Of a DNA stretch of 64,000 bases, positions 25,874-37,278 are shown piece after piece. Numbering within the stretch: position 1 is the first letter of the stretch; each line of letters begins with the position of its first letter. The stretch is from an uncultured Acidobacteriota bacterium. GTDB taxonomy: Bacteria > Acidobacteriota > JAQAZP01. Under the pieces are notes generated by a model. It was not told the DNA's origin and did not search any database. It saw only the letters and a list, made by a program, of their open reading frames with translations. The position numbers and the translations under genes were made by a program. The stretch is from NCBI GenBank assembly GCA_963836075.1, contig CAWIIB010000001.1, forward strand, positions 1-64,000. Direction: 5' to 3'.

Positions 25874-28374
25874 TCAGAACCTTCCCGCCGCCACGTTGGT
25901 TCCGTGGGTCATGCCAGGGAATGCCTCCAGCGAGAACCACTCGGTCACCTGTGACCCGTCGTATTGGAACACCTTCACCTCGGTGCCGGCGTCAGGATCA
26001 GGGCCACAGCCCACCACCAACTCGTCCCGGCCGTCGCCGTCAAGGTCGGCCCCGGCAAAGACATTCGGCGCCGATACCGAACCTCAGTCGGCGGCCAGGC
26101 AAAGAAACTGAGCCCGGGCAGTGGTGTTACCGAAGATCCGTCATAGTTCCAGCCCCGCACGTGGGCGCCGAAAACAGCGCCCGGCCCGGGACCGGTGACG
26201 ATCTCGTCGATGCCGTCACCGTCCACGTCTCCGCAGGTGACGTTCACCCCATATTTCAGGGTGCCGTAAGCAAAGAAGCTGACACCCGGGCATAGCCGCG
26301 GCCGTGCCACCGTCCACGTTCCAGCCCCGGACGTGTGGTCCGTAAACGGCCCCGGGACCGGCGCCAGTGACGATCTCGTCATAGCCGTCACCGTCGATGT
26401 CACCGGCTGAGACATTCACACCCCACTTGGGTGTGCCGTAGGCGAAGTAGCTCACTCCAGGCACCGGTGTCACCCCGGGCGTGCCATCGTAATTCCAGCC
26501 ACGAACGTGCGGGCCGAACACCGCGCCCGGGCCGGCACCGGTGATGATCTCGTCGAACCCGTCAGCCGTCGATGTCGCCGGCGGCCACATTAACGCCCCA
26601 CTTGTTGTGTGCCATAGGCCATGAAGCTCAAACCGGTCAGCGGCGTCCCGTCCACCTGGAACCCCCGCACGTGGGGCCCGTAGATGTCTCCCGGGCCGGC
26701 GCCGGTGAGGATCACGTCCCCGCTGCCGCCAGTCACCCGTCCGCAGCTCATGTTCACCCCGTAGTGCGGGGCGCCGTACGCGGCGAAGATATAGATCGGT
26801 CCGCTGCCCTGCTCCGGCGGGAAGACGCGCACCTCCGGCGAGTTGGTGTAATCCGGGCCCGGGCCGGCGGCAATGAAGGTATCGGTGTTGGCGACCGTGA
26901 GGCTCACCGGCACGGTTTGCGGCGAATTCACCGCATCGGGGTCGGTAATGGTGATGGTGGCGTTGTAAACGCCCGACTGCAGGCCGGTGGCGTCCACCGC
27001 CACTGTCACCGGGTCATGTTCGCCGGTGGAACTGCCCGAAGCGGGCGAGAGGGAGAGCCAGCCGGAGTTCTCCGAGGCGGCCCAGTTCAGCGTGCCCTTG
27101 CCTTCGCACCAGATCTCCAGGGTTTGCGCCGACGGCGGCGGCCCGTCTTCCAGCGCGCTGAAGGCGAGGCTGTCCGGGGCGAAGGCGATGCTGTATTCAT
27201 CCGGCGCGGTGACAGTGAGACTCACCTGCACGGTTTGCGGAGAGTTCAGAGCCCCGGGATCTTCGATGCTGATTGTGGCCGAGTAGATGTCGGGAGAGAG
27301 ACCGCTGACATCGACACTGACCATCACATTGTCCTGCTCACCCGCGGAACTCCCCGAAAGGGGCTGCAGGGTGAGCCAGGCTGCATCGTCGCTCACCGTC
27401 CACTGGAGCGTCCCCTCACCGCTGCGCCAGATACCCAGGCTCTGATCCGCCGGGTCCGGTCCGCCGAAGGAGGCGGTGAAGGAGAGGCTGGAGGGGGAGA
27501 AGGCAATGGAATATTCGTCAGAGCCGGACCCCCATGCCGGCGATGCGGGCCAGCATCCACCAGAAAGCCCTGCCCTTGAGATTGCAGTTCAGAGGCTGGG
27601 AGTGTGCGCAGGCGCAGTCGGTAGCAGAGCGGGCTGCCGGGGTTTTCGGCGCACCACTCGTCGGCCCAGTTGCCACCATCGTAGTCGCAGCTATCGTTGG
27701 CAAAAAGATCTCGGAAGTAGTCGCCGTCCGGGTCGTAGCTCTCGATGTCGGCAAAATCGAAGAGGACCTTGTTGTTGGCAGCGCAGAAATCGCGGATCTG
27801 GTTGTTGCGTTGGAAGAGGTTTCCTGCTTCGCCGGTGCCGTTGAGATGGCCGGTCATATAAACGAAGGTGATGTCCGGGTAGTCTGCTCAAGGCCATCCA
27901 TCAGTCCGAGGTAATGTCGATGTTCTCTGCTGTGGTGTCGGCCTGGCCGCACCAGGACCAGATGACCACATTGCGGTCGCTCCCCGGGCCGTCGAGGTGG
28001 ATCCGCGTGCGTGTCGCCCAGTAGGTATAGTCCGGGTTTCCCAGGTCACCCTCCGGTGTATTATCGTCAAGAGAGAGTACGCCGGGCTCCACATCCCCGT
28101 TATCATTGAAATCGTAGAGACCTCCGTGGCTCGGATCGTCCATCAGCACTTGCATTCCAGCGATGGGCTGGCTTCCATGTGACGAGTGGCCGTAGCAAAT
28201 CCGAAGCTGGTCTTTTGCCGCCACAATCCATTCTTCGGGAATGTCTTCGAGGATGGTGCAAGTGTGGTCACTGATGATCGGTGCCGAGCGCTCGGTCGCA
28301 GCTAGCGGATAGGCGGCGATGAAAAGGGCCGGGGCGAGGCAGAGAATGAAAAAAACACGACTGGGCATATTCAC
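25874..28374 (-). CDS. Secreted modular protein: hydrolase-like domain, 2 BACON/Ig-like domains and FG-GAP-like repeats (multiple frameshifts)
   Basis: Signal peptide, YGHSSHGSQ, WSWCGQ, MTGHL, LFDFADIES, two WLxLxPxSGSS repeats, repeated GDxDGDGxDEIxTGxGPGAVxGPHVRGWNxDG, end HGTNVAAGRF*. Confidence 0.8.
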
Positions 28375-28800
28375 GAACTGTTCCTCCAGGATATACGGTG
28401 CTTCATCCGGGAACTGTTGCTACGCCGCTAGATGAAGCCGATTCCCTACCCTATTTTGGCTAAAATTAAGATCACCATCCCGAGGACAAAAACCCTTACG
28501 ACCTCTCCGGCTGTGAATATCACAGCACCTGCAGTATGACAGAAGGAGGCAGTATCCAGGCAAGCCGAGAGGGCCTGCACTTGTCATGATGTGAATATAG
28601 GTGCTTACTCGTGAAAGGGCAAGGGGGAGGGAATAAACATGACAAGCCCAAGTCCGCATGCCCCGATGTAACAGCTACTCGCCATGTCGATACCCAACGG
28701 AATATCCCCATAGACAAAATTTTCGCCACAAATGTGTGCAGTGCACCATCCAGAATAAGGAAACCGCATCCCCCTGATCTCCCCCCCCTCCCTGTTCCCG

Positions 28801-29140
28801 AAGGAAGTGGTAGCTGCTACCACCTTGCTGAGCGGGGCCACCCTGGATAGATCGTGAGCCAGTTGGTGGAGTTGATCCCTGCCTCTGGAGGGCGGTTGGA
28901 TGGTCTATGAGGGGTCGAGGCATGGGCTGGTCAATGGGATGCGGACAGGCCCCCTCAGGGCCTCGCTGTACGTCTGCGTAGAAGACTATCACCCGCCGTG
29001 CGTGGCTAAATGGCCGTCCAAAGCAACACCAGCCCAGATAGTCCCGAGCCGGTGCTGTGCTGTCGGTTAAGGTGCGATCCCCGTCACCGTGCAGGTGGCG
29101 GTGGTATCGATCATCTTGTCATCCGGCGGTATGTCTCCGT
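28801..29140. repeat. Conserved intergenic element, copy B
   Basis: Perfect palindrome GTGGTAGCTGCTACCAC at 28807-28823, GGCCCCCTCAGGGCC, the hairpin, and the orphan gene tail. Confidence 0.88.
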
Positions 29141-29476
29141 TCAGAAACTCCCCGCCGCCACGTTCACACCGTGGGTCATGCCCTCGAACGCCTCCAGCGA
29201 GAACCAGAGGGTCTGACCAGAGCCATCGTATTCGTAGACCTTAACCTCAGTGCCAGCATCCAGGTCAGGATCGCAGCCCACCACAATCTCATTCCAGCCA
29301 TCGCCGTCAAGGTCTGCCCCGGGGAAGACTTTGGCGCCATACCGCAGGTCATCCGGGGACCAGGCGAAGAAGTTGATCCCGGAGATCGCCGACAGGTCCG
29401 CTCCATCATAGTTCCAGCCCCGCACATGGGGACCGAAAACTGCACCAGGGCCGGCACCGGTGATGATCTTGTCGAA
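29141..29476 (-). pseudogene. 3' fragment of a second FG-GAP-like repeat gene
   Basis: GPGAVFGPHVRGWNYDG...THGVNVAAGSF*, paralogous to 25874-26220. It is fused abruptly to the first codons of an unrelated ORF starting at 29490. Confidence 0.8.
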
Positions 29477-29490
29477 GGTACGCTGCTCAT

Positions 29491-30622
29491 CTATTCACCC
29501 GCCCCCATAAGGGTGTCGATTTCAGCGGTCTCTCCGCCGCATTTCCGGATCTTCCAAACTCCCCACGTCAGCACCGGAATCACGAATATGATGAGGAAAA
29601 TCCAGGTGAGTTTTCCGTAACCCTGTGCGATGAGTCCGATCAACCCGAATTGCGCTAGCAGCGCTCCAGCTACTAGTAGCACAATTGCAGTGACTGGTCG
29701 GATGAACAAAGGCATCGAGGCATCCCTCTCGGCATACACCTTTGCGATTCGCTCATTCACCGCATGAATCAATCCTGTCCCGGTCTCGACCAAGGTTCCA
29801 AACAGCACAACCTGGAAAACCAACTGGAAACTGCGGGACCCGATCAACTCCAGGAGATAGTTCGCTGGAACGGTACTTGTCAGGATGACCGGATACTGCC
29901 CGACCATCGTCATATAAAACAGGAACCCCGGCACGATCGCGATTGGTCCGGCCAGGAGGCCCGCCGTAATCGCTTCCTTCCGGGATTGCATGTGGCGGGT
30001 GCAGAACAACACGGCCGGTATGACCGCCAGGTTGTAGGCGGCGTACCTCACGCCGCCGATGGGCCATGTGCTGCTGCATTCACCTGATGCGAGCGCGGAG
30101 ATTGTATCCCCGCCAAACTTCGTGAATGCCCATACGAAAAACACGATGTACACACCATACAATAGGAATGACCAACCAGCGAGGAATTTCTCGATCGTTC
30201 CGCTTCCGCGGAACACCAAATATCCAACGCATGCCATCATGCCGATCACACCGACCGCGTAGTGCAGTCCGAATGTCTCCTGTAGGATCGATCCGGCTGC
30301 CGCGGCGATCACGGCAAGAATAATCAGCACCAAAGCGAAGTAGCAGATCTCAAACGACGGCCATGCCCACCCGAGCAGCTGACGGAAGAAATTTCTGTAG
30401 TCGTAAGCCCTGAACACGCGCGCGAACTCGAAGCTGCTGGCACACACCGCACTCCATATCACCGTCGATACCAACAGCATTGCGAGCAGCCCGCCCAGAG
30501 GGCCCTCACTGAGGAAGAACTCTGCAAGTTCGCGGCCTGTTCCGTACCCACCCGCGATCACAACGGACTGAAATACAAATCCGGGCAGGAAGTACCTCTG
30601 GAAAACCGAAGACTTGCTCACG
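29491..30622 (-). CDS. YkvI-like multi-pass membrane protein (putative amino acid permease)
   Basis: VVIAGGYGTGRELAEFF motif and about 10 TM helices. Start codon uncertain. Confidence 0.8.
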
Positions 30623-30780
30623 TTGGTGTTCCTCTCGATATATGAGGGGCAGAGGTCACGTGCCGTGCTTGATCGCACTGCGTGCCCCCTCGGTTGAAAG
30701 TATTTAAAATGCACTCGACGCCTATCGATAACGTATCCTATATTTCGCACTTTTCGTTGAGCCTGGTGAGGTGCCCAAAG

Positions 30781-30890
30781 AGGTGGCCCTCAATCTGGTT
30801 TGAAATGTTGTCGCTGGACAAACATAACAGCCAGAAGGAGAACCACCATGAGCAAGGATGATTTTACATCAAAAGAGCTGGACCGGTTCA
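30781..30890 (+). mobile_element. Probable truncated left end of an IS (IS256-like?)
   Basis: AGAAGGAG RBS and MSKDDFTSKELDRF, cut off at the IS630 junction. Family is a guess. Confidence 0.3.
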
Positions 30891-31389
30891 GAATCGTCGT
30901 ATGGCTGACCGGCGGAATCATCTTGGTGTCTTGCACGAGGAACTTCTGCAGTTTGCGCAGGGACCATTGGTTGAACGGCCGACCAAACGCCTGGGGAGGA
31001 GCGGTCGCAATCTCGGCAATGACGGACCGATCCTCCTCGGTCAGCACTTCCGGCCGGTTGGTCCGCCGACGCGGCTTGATTGCATCGAAACCTTCGTCGT
31101 TGAATCGGCGAATCAGTTCCCTGATGTACTCCTCGTGCATCCTGAGATGAATAGCGATCTCCTGGACGCGCATCCCTTGAGAACTGAACGCAATAATCTG
31201 TCCGCGGCGCATCCTGGTCGCGCTCTTCGAGCGCTTGAGCCATGATGAAAGCGTGTTGGACTCGGAGAATGTAAGATCCCGGACATACAGGCACATGGAA
31301 ATCCCCCTCCTCTGTAGGTTGGCTTAACCATGTGGATGTATGTAACATATTGTTTTTTAAAGTACAAGTCTACTTTTAGAACAGAGCAC
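30891..31389 (-). mobile_element. IS630-family element, 5' half (HTH domains and left IR)
   Basis: RRGQII..S.QG...IRRFNDEG...WSLRKL...VSHTTI. IR AACAGAGCAC followed by TA. Confidence 0.9.
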
Positions 31390-31606
31390 TAGGTGCTGAC
31401 CTGCTCATGGCATCTTTGATGGGAGCATCTTTTATCGTTTACGGGATCGGCGGGCAAGAGCTGCTGGAGCGGGTCGCCCCCCAGCTCTCCGAGGCGTACC
31501 AGGACAAGAAGGAAGAGATGGCGCTGTTTAGCTGTAAAAGCCCATGACAAGGCGGCCACCTGCTGCTGAGCACCGCGAATACAGCCGCCGAGGGATCAGG
31601 TCAGCT

Positions 31607-32076
31607 TCACTCAGGCGCTTCAGGTGCACCCGGAAGTCGGGTCATACAGACGCTCCATTGTGGATCCCAGGCGCCGTCGGGTTGTCGCACCAGGATAGTG
31701 GCGTTGAATGACCGGCGACGACCGAGGAGGGCGCACTCCGGGTCTGGTTTGAACCACGCCTTCAACCCCTCGCTCTGGATCTTGAAGCCATCGGCCAGAG
31801 GGATCACGGGTAGATCCTTGAGCGGCCCTTCGATAAACACCAGCTCACCGCTCTTCCCTCGCGGGATCTCGCACGGCTCACCAGAGTACCATGCCATCAT
31901 CACCACCCCCGCTGCACTCGTACCTGGCCTCGAGAGGATGCGCTGGAACAGCTCGCTGAACCACCGGTGGGGAGTTGGCCACATGCATGGAATCAGCGCA
32001 AGCCGAAACCATGCCCAGGCCAAGCCCCAGCACCAAGGCACGATGAATCGAGTAATCACGGGTCAAGGAGTTCACC
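31607..32076 (-). CDS. Hypothetical exported protein (frameshifted)
   Basis: The N-terminus resembles a lipoprotein signal (LGLGMVSAC) in one frame and continues in ORF 31607-32059. Confidence 0.35.
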
Positions 32077-32296
32077 ATCCTCTCCGCGGCAGTGATGGAA
32101 TGACAGAAGGTCCAGGTCAGCTTATCCCTGATCCCGTTGATGTTTCAGGTTTGCTGTCCCGTGTCTGGATCGATAATCTCGACACCCAACCGTTTGCTCA
32201 AAACTGAAAATGAACTACTATTGCGGCAGGCGCTGGAGAACCTCGCAAGGCACACCACCGGATCTCGAGACATGGTCTGAGGAATAAGGAGGCCCC

Positions 32297-32738
32297 ATGA
32301 AGATTCGGCTCATGAATGTAGACGATTTTGACGCGGTGCTGGAGATCGACAAGAAGGTACTCAACATTTCTCGGCTAGAGTACTATGAAATGAAGTTTGA
32401 TAAGCTGTTCCATTCCAAGGAGTTTGTACCTACATCTCATGGTGGCGGAGTCAGAAGATGGCAAGGTGGTAGGGTTTGTGATGGGAGAGCTCTACGTCGG
32501 AGAATATGGAATATCGCGAGACGGGGCCACCATAGACACCATCGGTGTTGATCCCCAATACCATAAAAAGGGGATTGGCAAGCAGCTGATGAGTGAATTT
32601 ATTGCTCATCTGAGGGATCTCGGTGTCAAACGGATAAATACGCTGGTGGACAGGAATGACGCCGAGCTGATCAAGTTCTTTCAATCGAATGAATTTGATT
32701 CCTCAAAAAGCATGATCAATCTAGAAAGGAGCATTTAA
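32297..32738 (+). CDS. GNAT acetyltransferase (RimI-like; one frameshift)
   Basis: RBS AAGGAGG, MKIRLM, IDTIGVDPQYHKKGIGKQL. Confidence 0.85.
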
Positions 32739-33674
32739 GGCCGCCGCCTGCGCTCCTTGCACGCTCCCTATTGGTACAGGGCGACAACCGGCCGGGCCTC
32801 GATGTACCCGCGGTAGCCCAGGGGGATGAGCTGGAACCGCGGCGCGCTGTCGTCGGCTTAGCAATAGCCCGCTGCGGTTGGATCGTAGCTGGAGATGGCC
32901 TCTCGCACCTGACCGATGGCCTCCTCGAAGTCTTCGTCCTGGAAAGGGTTGCCCCTGGAACACCATCATCTGGCAGGGCGGCAGCTCCACCACCTCATAG
33001 CCCTCCGGAGCGCTCCCGGCGTAATCTGACGGGACTTCCACCCCCTGCACATACTCGGAGCTGTCCGGCGCCCGGAGGAGCTCGGGGAGCCACAAGCCCA
33101 TTGGTTCGTGGATCGAGTCCTTGATCTCCGACAGCACATCCCAGACCTCGCAGCCTACCTCCTCACAATACTCGAGGTAATGGGTGGCCTTGGCGCCCCG
33201 CGTGAGGATCAGCTTCCGCTCGGGTCGCTGGATTATCTGACAAATTCGGTGTTGGGGGACTGGTTCTTGGGTTCCATGTAAATCTCTCCTTTCGTGCGGG
33301 ACAGGGCGAGCTCGCGGGCGCGGGGCGGGAAGAACAGCTTGCTTCGCGGCCGCTGCCGGCGAAACTCTCTCGGCGACATGCCGAATTGCCTGGCAAAGGC
33401 CTTGGTGAAGCCCTCATGTGAGTCGAAGAGCAAATCAAAGGCCACGTCGATGATCCTCCCCTCCCCGGCCGACAGCCGCGAGGCCGCCACCGACTGCCCG
33501 GCGTAGCGGATATACTCGAAGGGGGTCTTGCTGGTCACCTCCTTGAAGATCCGGGCGGTGTACCAGGGGGAGTAGCGGGCGGCGCGGGCCAGTTGCTGGA
33601 GCGTGATGGGCTCGCGGAGGTGCTGCTCGAATTAGGCCTGGGCCCGGTGAACAGCCTCGATCTTGGCTTTGCAT
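32721..33674 (-). CDS. AraC-family transcriptional regulator with C-terminal effector domain (frameshifted)
   Basis: ITLQQLARAARYSPWY...KTPFEYIR...IIDVAFD..FDSHEGFTKAF..QFG, and YVQGVEVP. Confidence 0.85.
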
Positions 33675-34214
33675 GATCTCTTCATCTTGTCTGGAGATTA
33701 GCACCATCCTCGGGGTGGTTCTTGACCGCGGTTGTCAAAGTGACACATTTTTTGGACGAAGACATGGTAGGTGCTGCCCCGGTGACCTGGCGAGGGATCT
33801 GGCACTCTGCTGGGGACCTGCGCTAATACTTGCCGGTAGCCAGCTGCAAATTTCGGCGGATACCTCTATCATGTGGACGATGAGCTACGCGACGGGGCCG
33901 GCCCGCCAGATCATGACCAGCGAGTGGTCGCCCGGGACCAGGGGATCGAGGCCCAGGTCAGCGCGGACACGACGCCTTTGCAGGGCGCAGAGCGGTTCGC
34001 CGGGATCCCGTGGCCCGCAGCAGGATCATAAAAGCAGTAGCGGCTGGACTCGGCGCAGCCGTCGTACTCCACGCAATCGTCAGGCTCGCGGATGAGGGGG
34101 TCGGTGGAGGTCCCGGCGCAGCCGTGTCTGGCGGTCCAGAAGCTCACCTGCTGCTCACCATACTGCCCAGGGTAGTCCTGCCAATCCTGAAAGTTCAGGG
34201 CCCATTTCAGCGGG

Positions 34215-35331
34215 GGTCAGGGTGGGGATGGTTGTGGTGCCCCAGCGCTTCGGTGACCGGGTCAACCCCCACATTCCCCTCCATGCTCTGTCGAGTGGCG
34301 GGGCCTTCGACTCCGCTGGCGTCTTCCACCCGATGCCCTTCGACATGCAGGGGGACATCGAGGTGCTCGAGCGGCTGTTCGCCAAGCGGGTGCTCGACCT
34401 GATGGTGCGGCGAAAGCGCCTGAATACACGACTTCGCGACGAGATGCTGACGTGGGAGCACAGCGGGTTCTCGATGGACGGATCGGTCAAGGTGGTGGTG
34501 GGGGATTACGGGCGCCTAAGAAGGCAGGTCCGCTACCTGGCCCGTCCGGCGGTGTCGGCGGAGCGGGTGGCGTATGACAAGGCCGGCGGCACGGTCACCG
34601 TGCGAAGTTCGAAGAAGGTGCACGGAGTCCGCCCGGTGGTGGCCCAGTATGACGCGCTGACCTTCCTGTCCCTGCTGGCGCTGCAGGTGCCGCCGCCCGG
34701 GGTACACATGGTGCGCTACTACGGCCACTACTCGGTGCGGAGCCGGGCCGAGCGGAGGAGGAGGGCAGGGGAGGGGCCGGCGGCTATGCACAACGAAGCC
34801 CCACCGCCGGCGAGCGAGCGGCGGCGGCGCTGGGCGGAGTTGATCCGCCTGGTGTTCGAGGTTGATCCCTTGCGCTGCCACAAGTGCGGGGGCGAGATGA
34901 AGATCATCTCGTTCATCACCACGGCCCAGGACGAGGTGATCCGCCGCATCCTCGAGCACCTGGGGGTGAGCACGGTCGTTCCCCGGGCCCACGGGCCGCC
35001 CGAGTGGGCGGTGAAAAGCGAGCAGGCGGTTCAGGAGGCGTCGTCCCGGGACGAGGAGGACTTTTCGCAGGCGCCGCCCGGTTGGGACGAGTGGGAGCCC
35101 GCGTGAGACCCGGATCAGGGAGCGAGGACCCTTGGGGGACGACTCCGTTCGAATCACTCTTCGTCGCGGGCGATTCTCGTCATCGGGTCACGATCCCCCT
35201 CGTTGATCAGTCGGGGGCGCACCCACCAGCGGACAACCGGTCGATTTCCGCAGGAAAGCCCCTTCAGGTTCGACCAGCACGCTCTCATCCGGCATGAGCG
35301 GCTTGACGCTCGGAAAGGAAATCCCTTCTAT
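34215..35331 (+). mobile_element. IS91-like (single-Tyr HUH) transposase, 5'-truncated, with downstream end
   Basis: ORF 34222-35106: QRFGDRVNPH..HAL, HSGFSMD, RYLARP, RYYGHYS, CHKCGGEM. The end motif GGAAAGGAAATCCCTTCTAT(C) resembles ori-side ends of this group. Confidence 0.85.
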
Positions 35332-36969
35332 GAGATTCGATGTCAAGACACATCTTCCCTGTACGCTCGAAGCACGTGGCATCGAACGTCTGACCCGCAG
35401 GCCATTGCAGCCGTTACAACAAAGCCGAGATCCTCTTCGCATGGGGTCATCGATCAACTGGAGTGGACCTGATGGTATCAGGATATCGCCACTCCAGATC
35501 TTCCCGGCGGTATCAAAGCGGTGATGTTCTTCAGAATGCGAGAACCACCCTTCTATTCGGGTCTCCGTGGACCATTGCCTTATTCGGTTCTTCGAGGGGG
35601 CATAACCTACCCTAGGGGTCTCCAACTGGTGGGACCAGGAATTCCTTGGATGCTTCCCCTCGAACCTTTTTCGCCTCGGACCGCTTTGTCTGCTCGGATT
35701 GTCTTCAGCTGTTTTGCTGCTACGGCCGGCAAGGCGAGTTATGCCGCTTTCTTTTGATACTTCGCCGGGTCGTATGCCTCCTTGTTTTTCCACATGGCCA
35801 GGGTGATGGCCGCGATCCTGCGGGCGATGGTCAGCTTGGCCAGATTGGGTTTGACCTTCTCCTCGAGAAGCCGGCGGTAGTCGCTGTACAGCGGGTTCTT
35901 CGGCATCTGGGTGATCACCGTTGTGGCCGCACCCTTGAAGACCGCTTTGGCTGTGCGATTGAAGTTGCGATTGAGGCCACGTGTTCTCGTCACCGGTGCT
36001 TTCATCCACTGACTGTTTGGCTGCTGAACCCAGTCCGAAGAGGACCGCATGACGATGGCCAGACCACAGTAGGCCCAGAACTGCCGTGACGTTCTGAAGC
36101 GATGAGGAGAGACCACGATGGCCAGCAGCTGGGCGACACGGACCGGCCCCAGGCCTGGGGCGGTTTCCAGCACTTTGGCAATGGCATGTTTGTGAGCTTC
36201 GGCCACCAAGGCCTGCTGTGCGTCGGCTTTGATCCCCTCCAGGATATCCAGTTCCTGGCAGAGCAGCTGAACGGACTGACGAGTCCCACCGTTGAGCCGT
36301 TTCAGTTCTTCCTCCCTCCTCCCCGCCGAGTAGACCGCTTTGCCCGCACCCGGCTGAACACCGCGGGAACGATAAAAACTCTTGATCCGGTTCTTGGTCC
36401 GCACCACGTCCCCGGTAACCATCCCGTAGGCCCGGGCCAGGTCGCGTAAACTGGTGAAGGCCAGCGGCGCCTTGAAGATCTTCGCTCCCAGTGCACCCGT
36501 TCGCATCCGCTCGGCCAGGGCCATCCGCATCCAGTTCGTCGCTCTTGTTCCCCTGACTCTTTTCCCCGCGAACCACCGCGATCTCGTGACGTATGGGTGC
36601 CAGCAGCTCGAACAGCCACTGACTTTGAGTGCCCTCCTCGAGGCAGAGGTGCAGTCGTCCGGGAATCAGCCGAAGATACTCCACCAACGACTGGCCGTTG
36701 GTTTCCACCACATCCGTCCGGAGCGTTTTGCCCTTCTCGCTGAGCACGGCAAAAGTGCAGCTTGACGAATGGCCGTCCAGTCCGATAAAACGGTTCATGT
36801 GTATCCTCCTTTGATTGTGGATAGAACTTAGTTTTGGGATAACCAAGTTTGCCCCACGGCAAAGGAGGATGCCAACTTTTGTTGCTTGGACGCGTTGGGG
36901 TTGGCTTGCGCATCGGCTTGGTCCCTGGGAAAGCGGTGCGTCAGACGGGATATCTCGTATAATGCCTAT
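35328..36969 (-). mobile_element. IS110/IS1111-family element
   Basis: Transposase about 36798-35739 (FIGLDGH, CLEEG, KSDELDA, PGLGPV, FWAYCGL..RSS; frameshift near 36530). CTAT core at 35328-31 and 36966-69. About 400 nt of 3' non-coding DNA. Confidence 0.88.
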
Positions 36970-37278
36970 CCTTTTGTACCAGTATCAAACCCTACGAGAG
37001 ACTATCAGTGCATTAGGTGGAAAAAATTTGCCACCAGGCTGCCCGCGGATGGCGAAAGTGTAAATAAATTCTTACAGTTGTTTGGCGTCATTGATCACAC
37101 GGCAGGATGAAATCGACGGATACTATTTAATTTGTGGGACTTAGACGGTAGAAACAAACTGACAACACGATGTATCCTCTTATGGCATAGTCGTTGCGAT
37201 ATGGTAGAATGGGTATCGACCAGATTACAGTGCAACTCGAAAAATCGGAGCATAGTTGCGGTTATGCAGATACATCTC

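Larger units (their letters stand above)
21401..31547 (+). pseudogene. Small 2-TM membrane protein gene (21401-21481 + 31392-31547) disrupted by IS630 at a TA
   Basis: GGAGG RBS. Joining the flanks gives the open frame MLIRLLGLLVGGWFMFGAATQAWAGEL-GADLLMASLMGASFIVYGIGGQELLERVAPQL...KSP*. Confidence 0.75.

Noticed and set aside
25990-26900. Periodic repeats as a CRISPR array
   Set aside because: They are degenerate in-frame coding repeats (FG-GAP-like) with no unique spacers and no cas genes.
22150-29140. Intergenic repeats as integron attC sites
   Set aside because: I could not find RYYYAAC...GTTRRRY ends, the elements are too long, and there is no IntI in the window.
25526-29476. Repeat pair as DGR template/variable regions
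   Set aside because: Differences affect all four bases and include indels. There is no DGR-type RT or avd gene.
35188-36846. 552-aa ORF as a single protein
   Set aside because: Only the N-terminal part is IS110 transposase. The rest is out-of-frame read-through after a frameshift.
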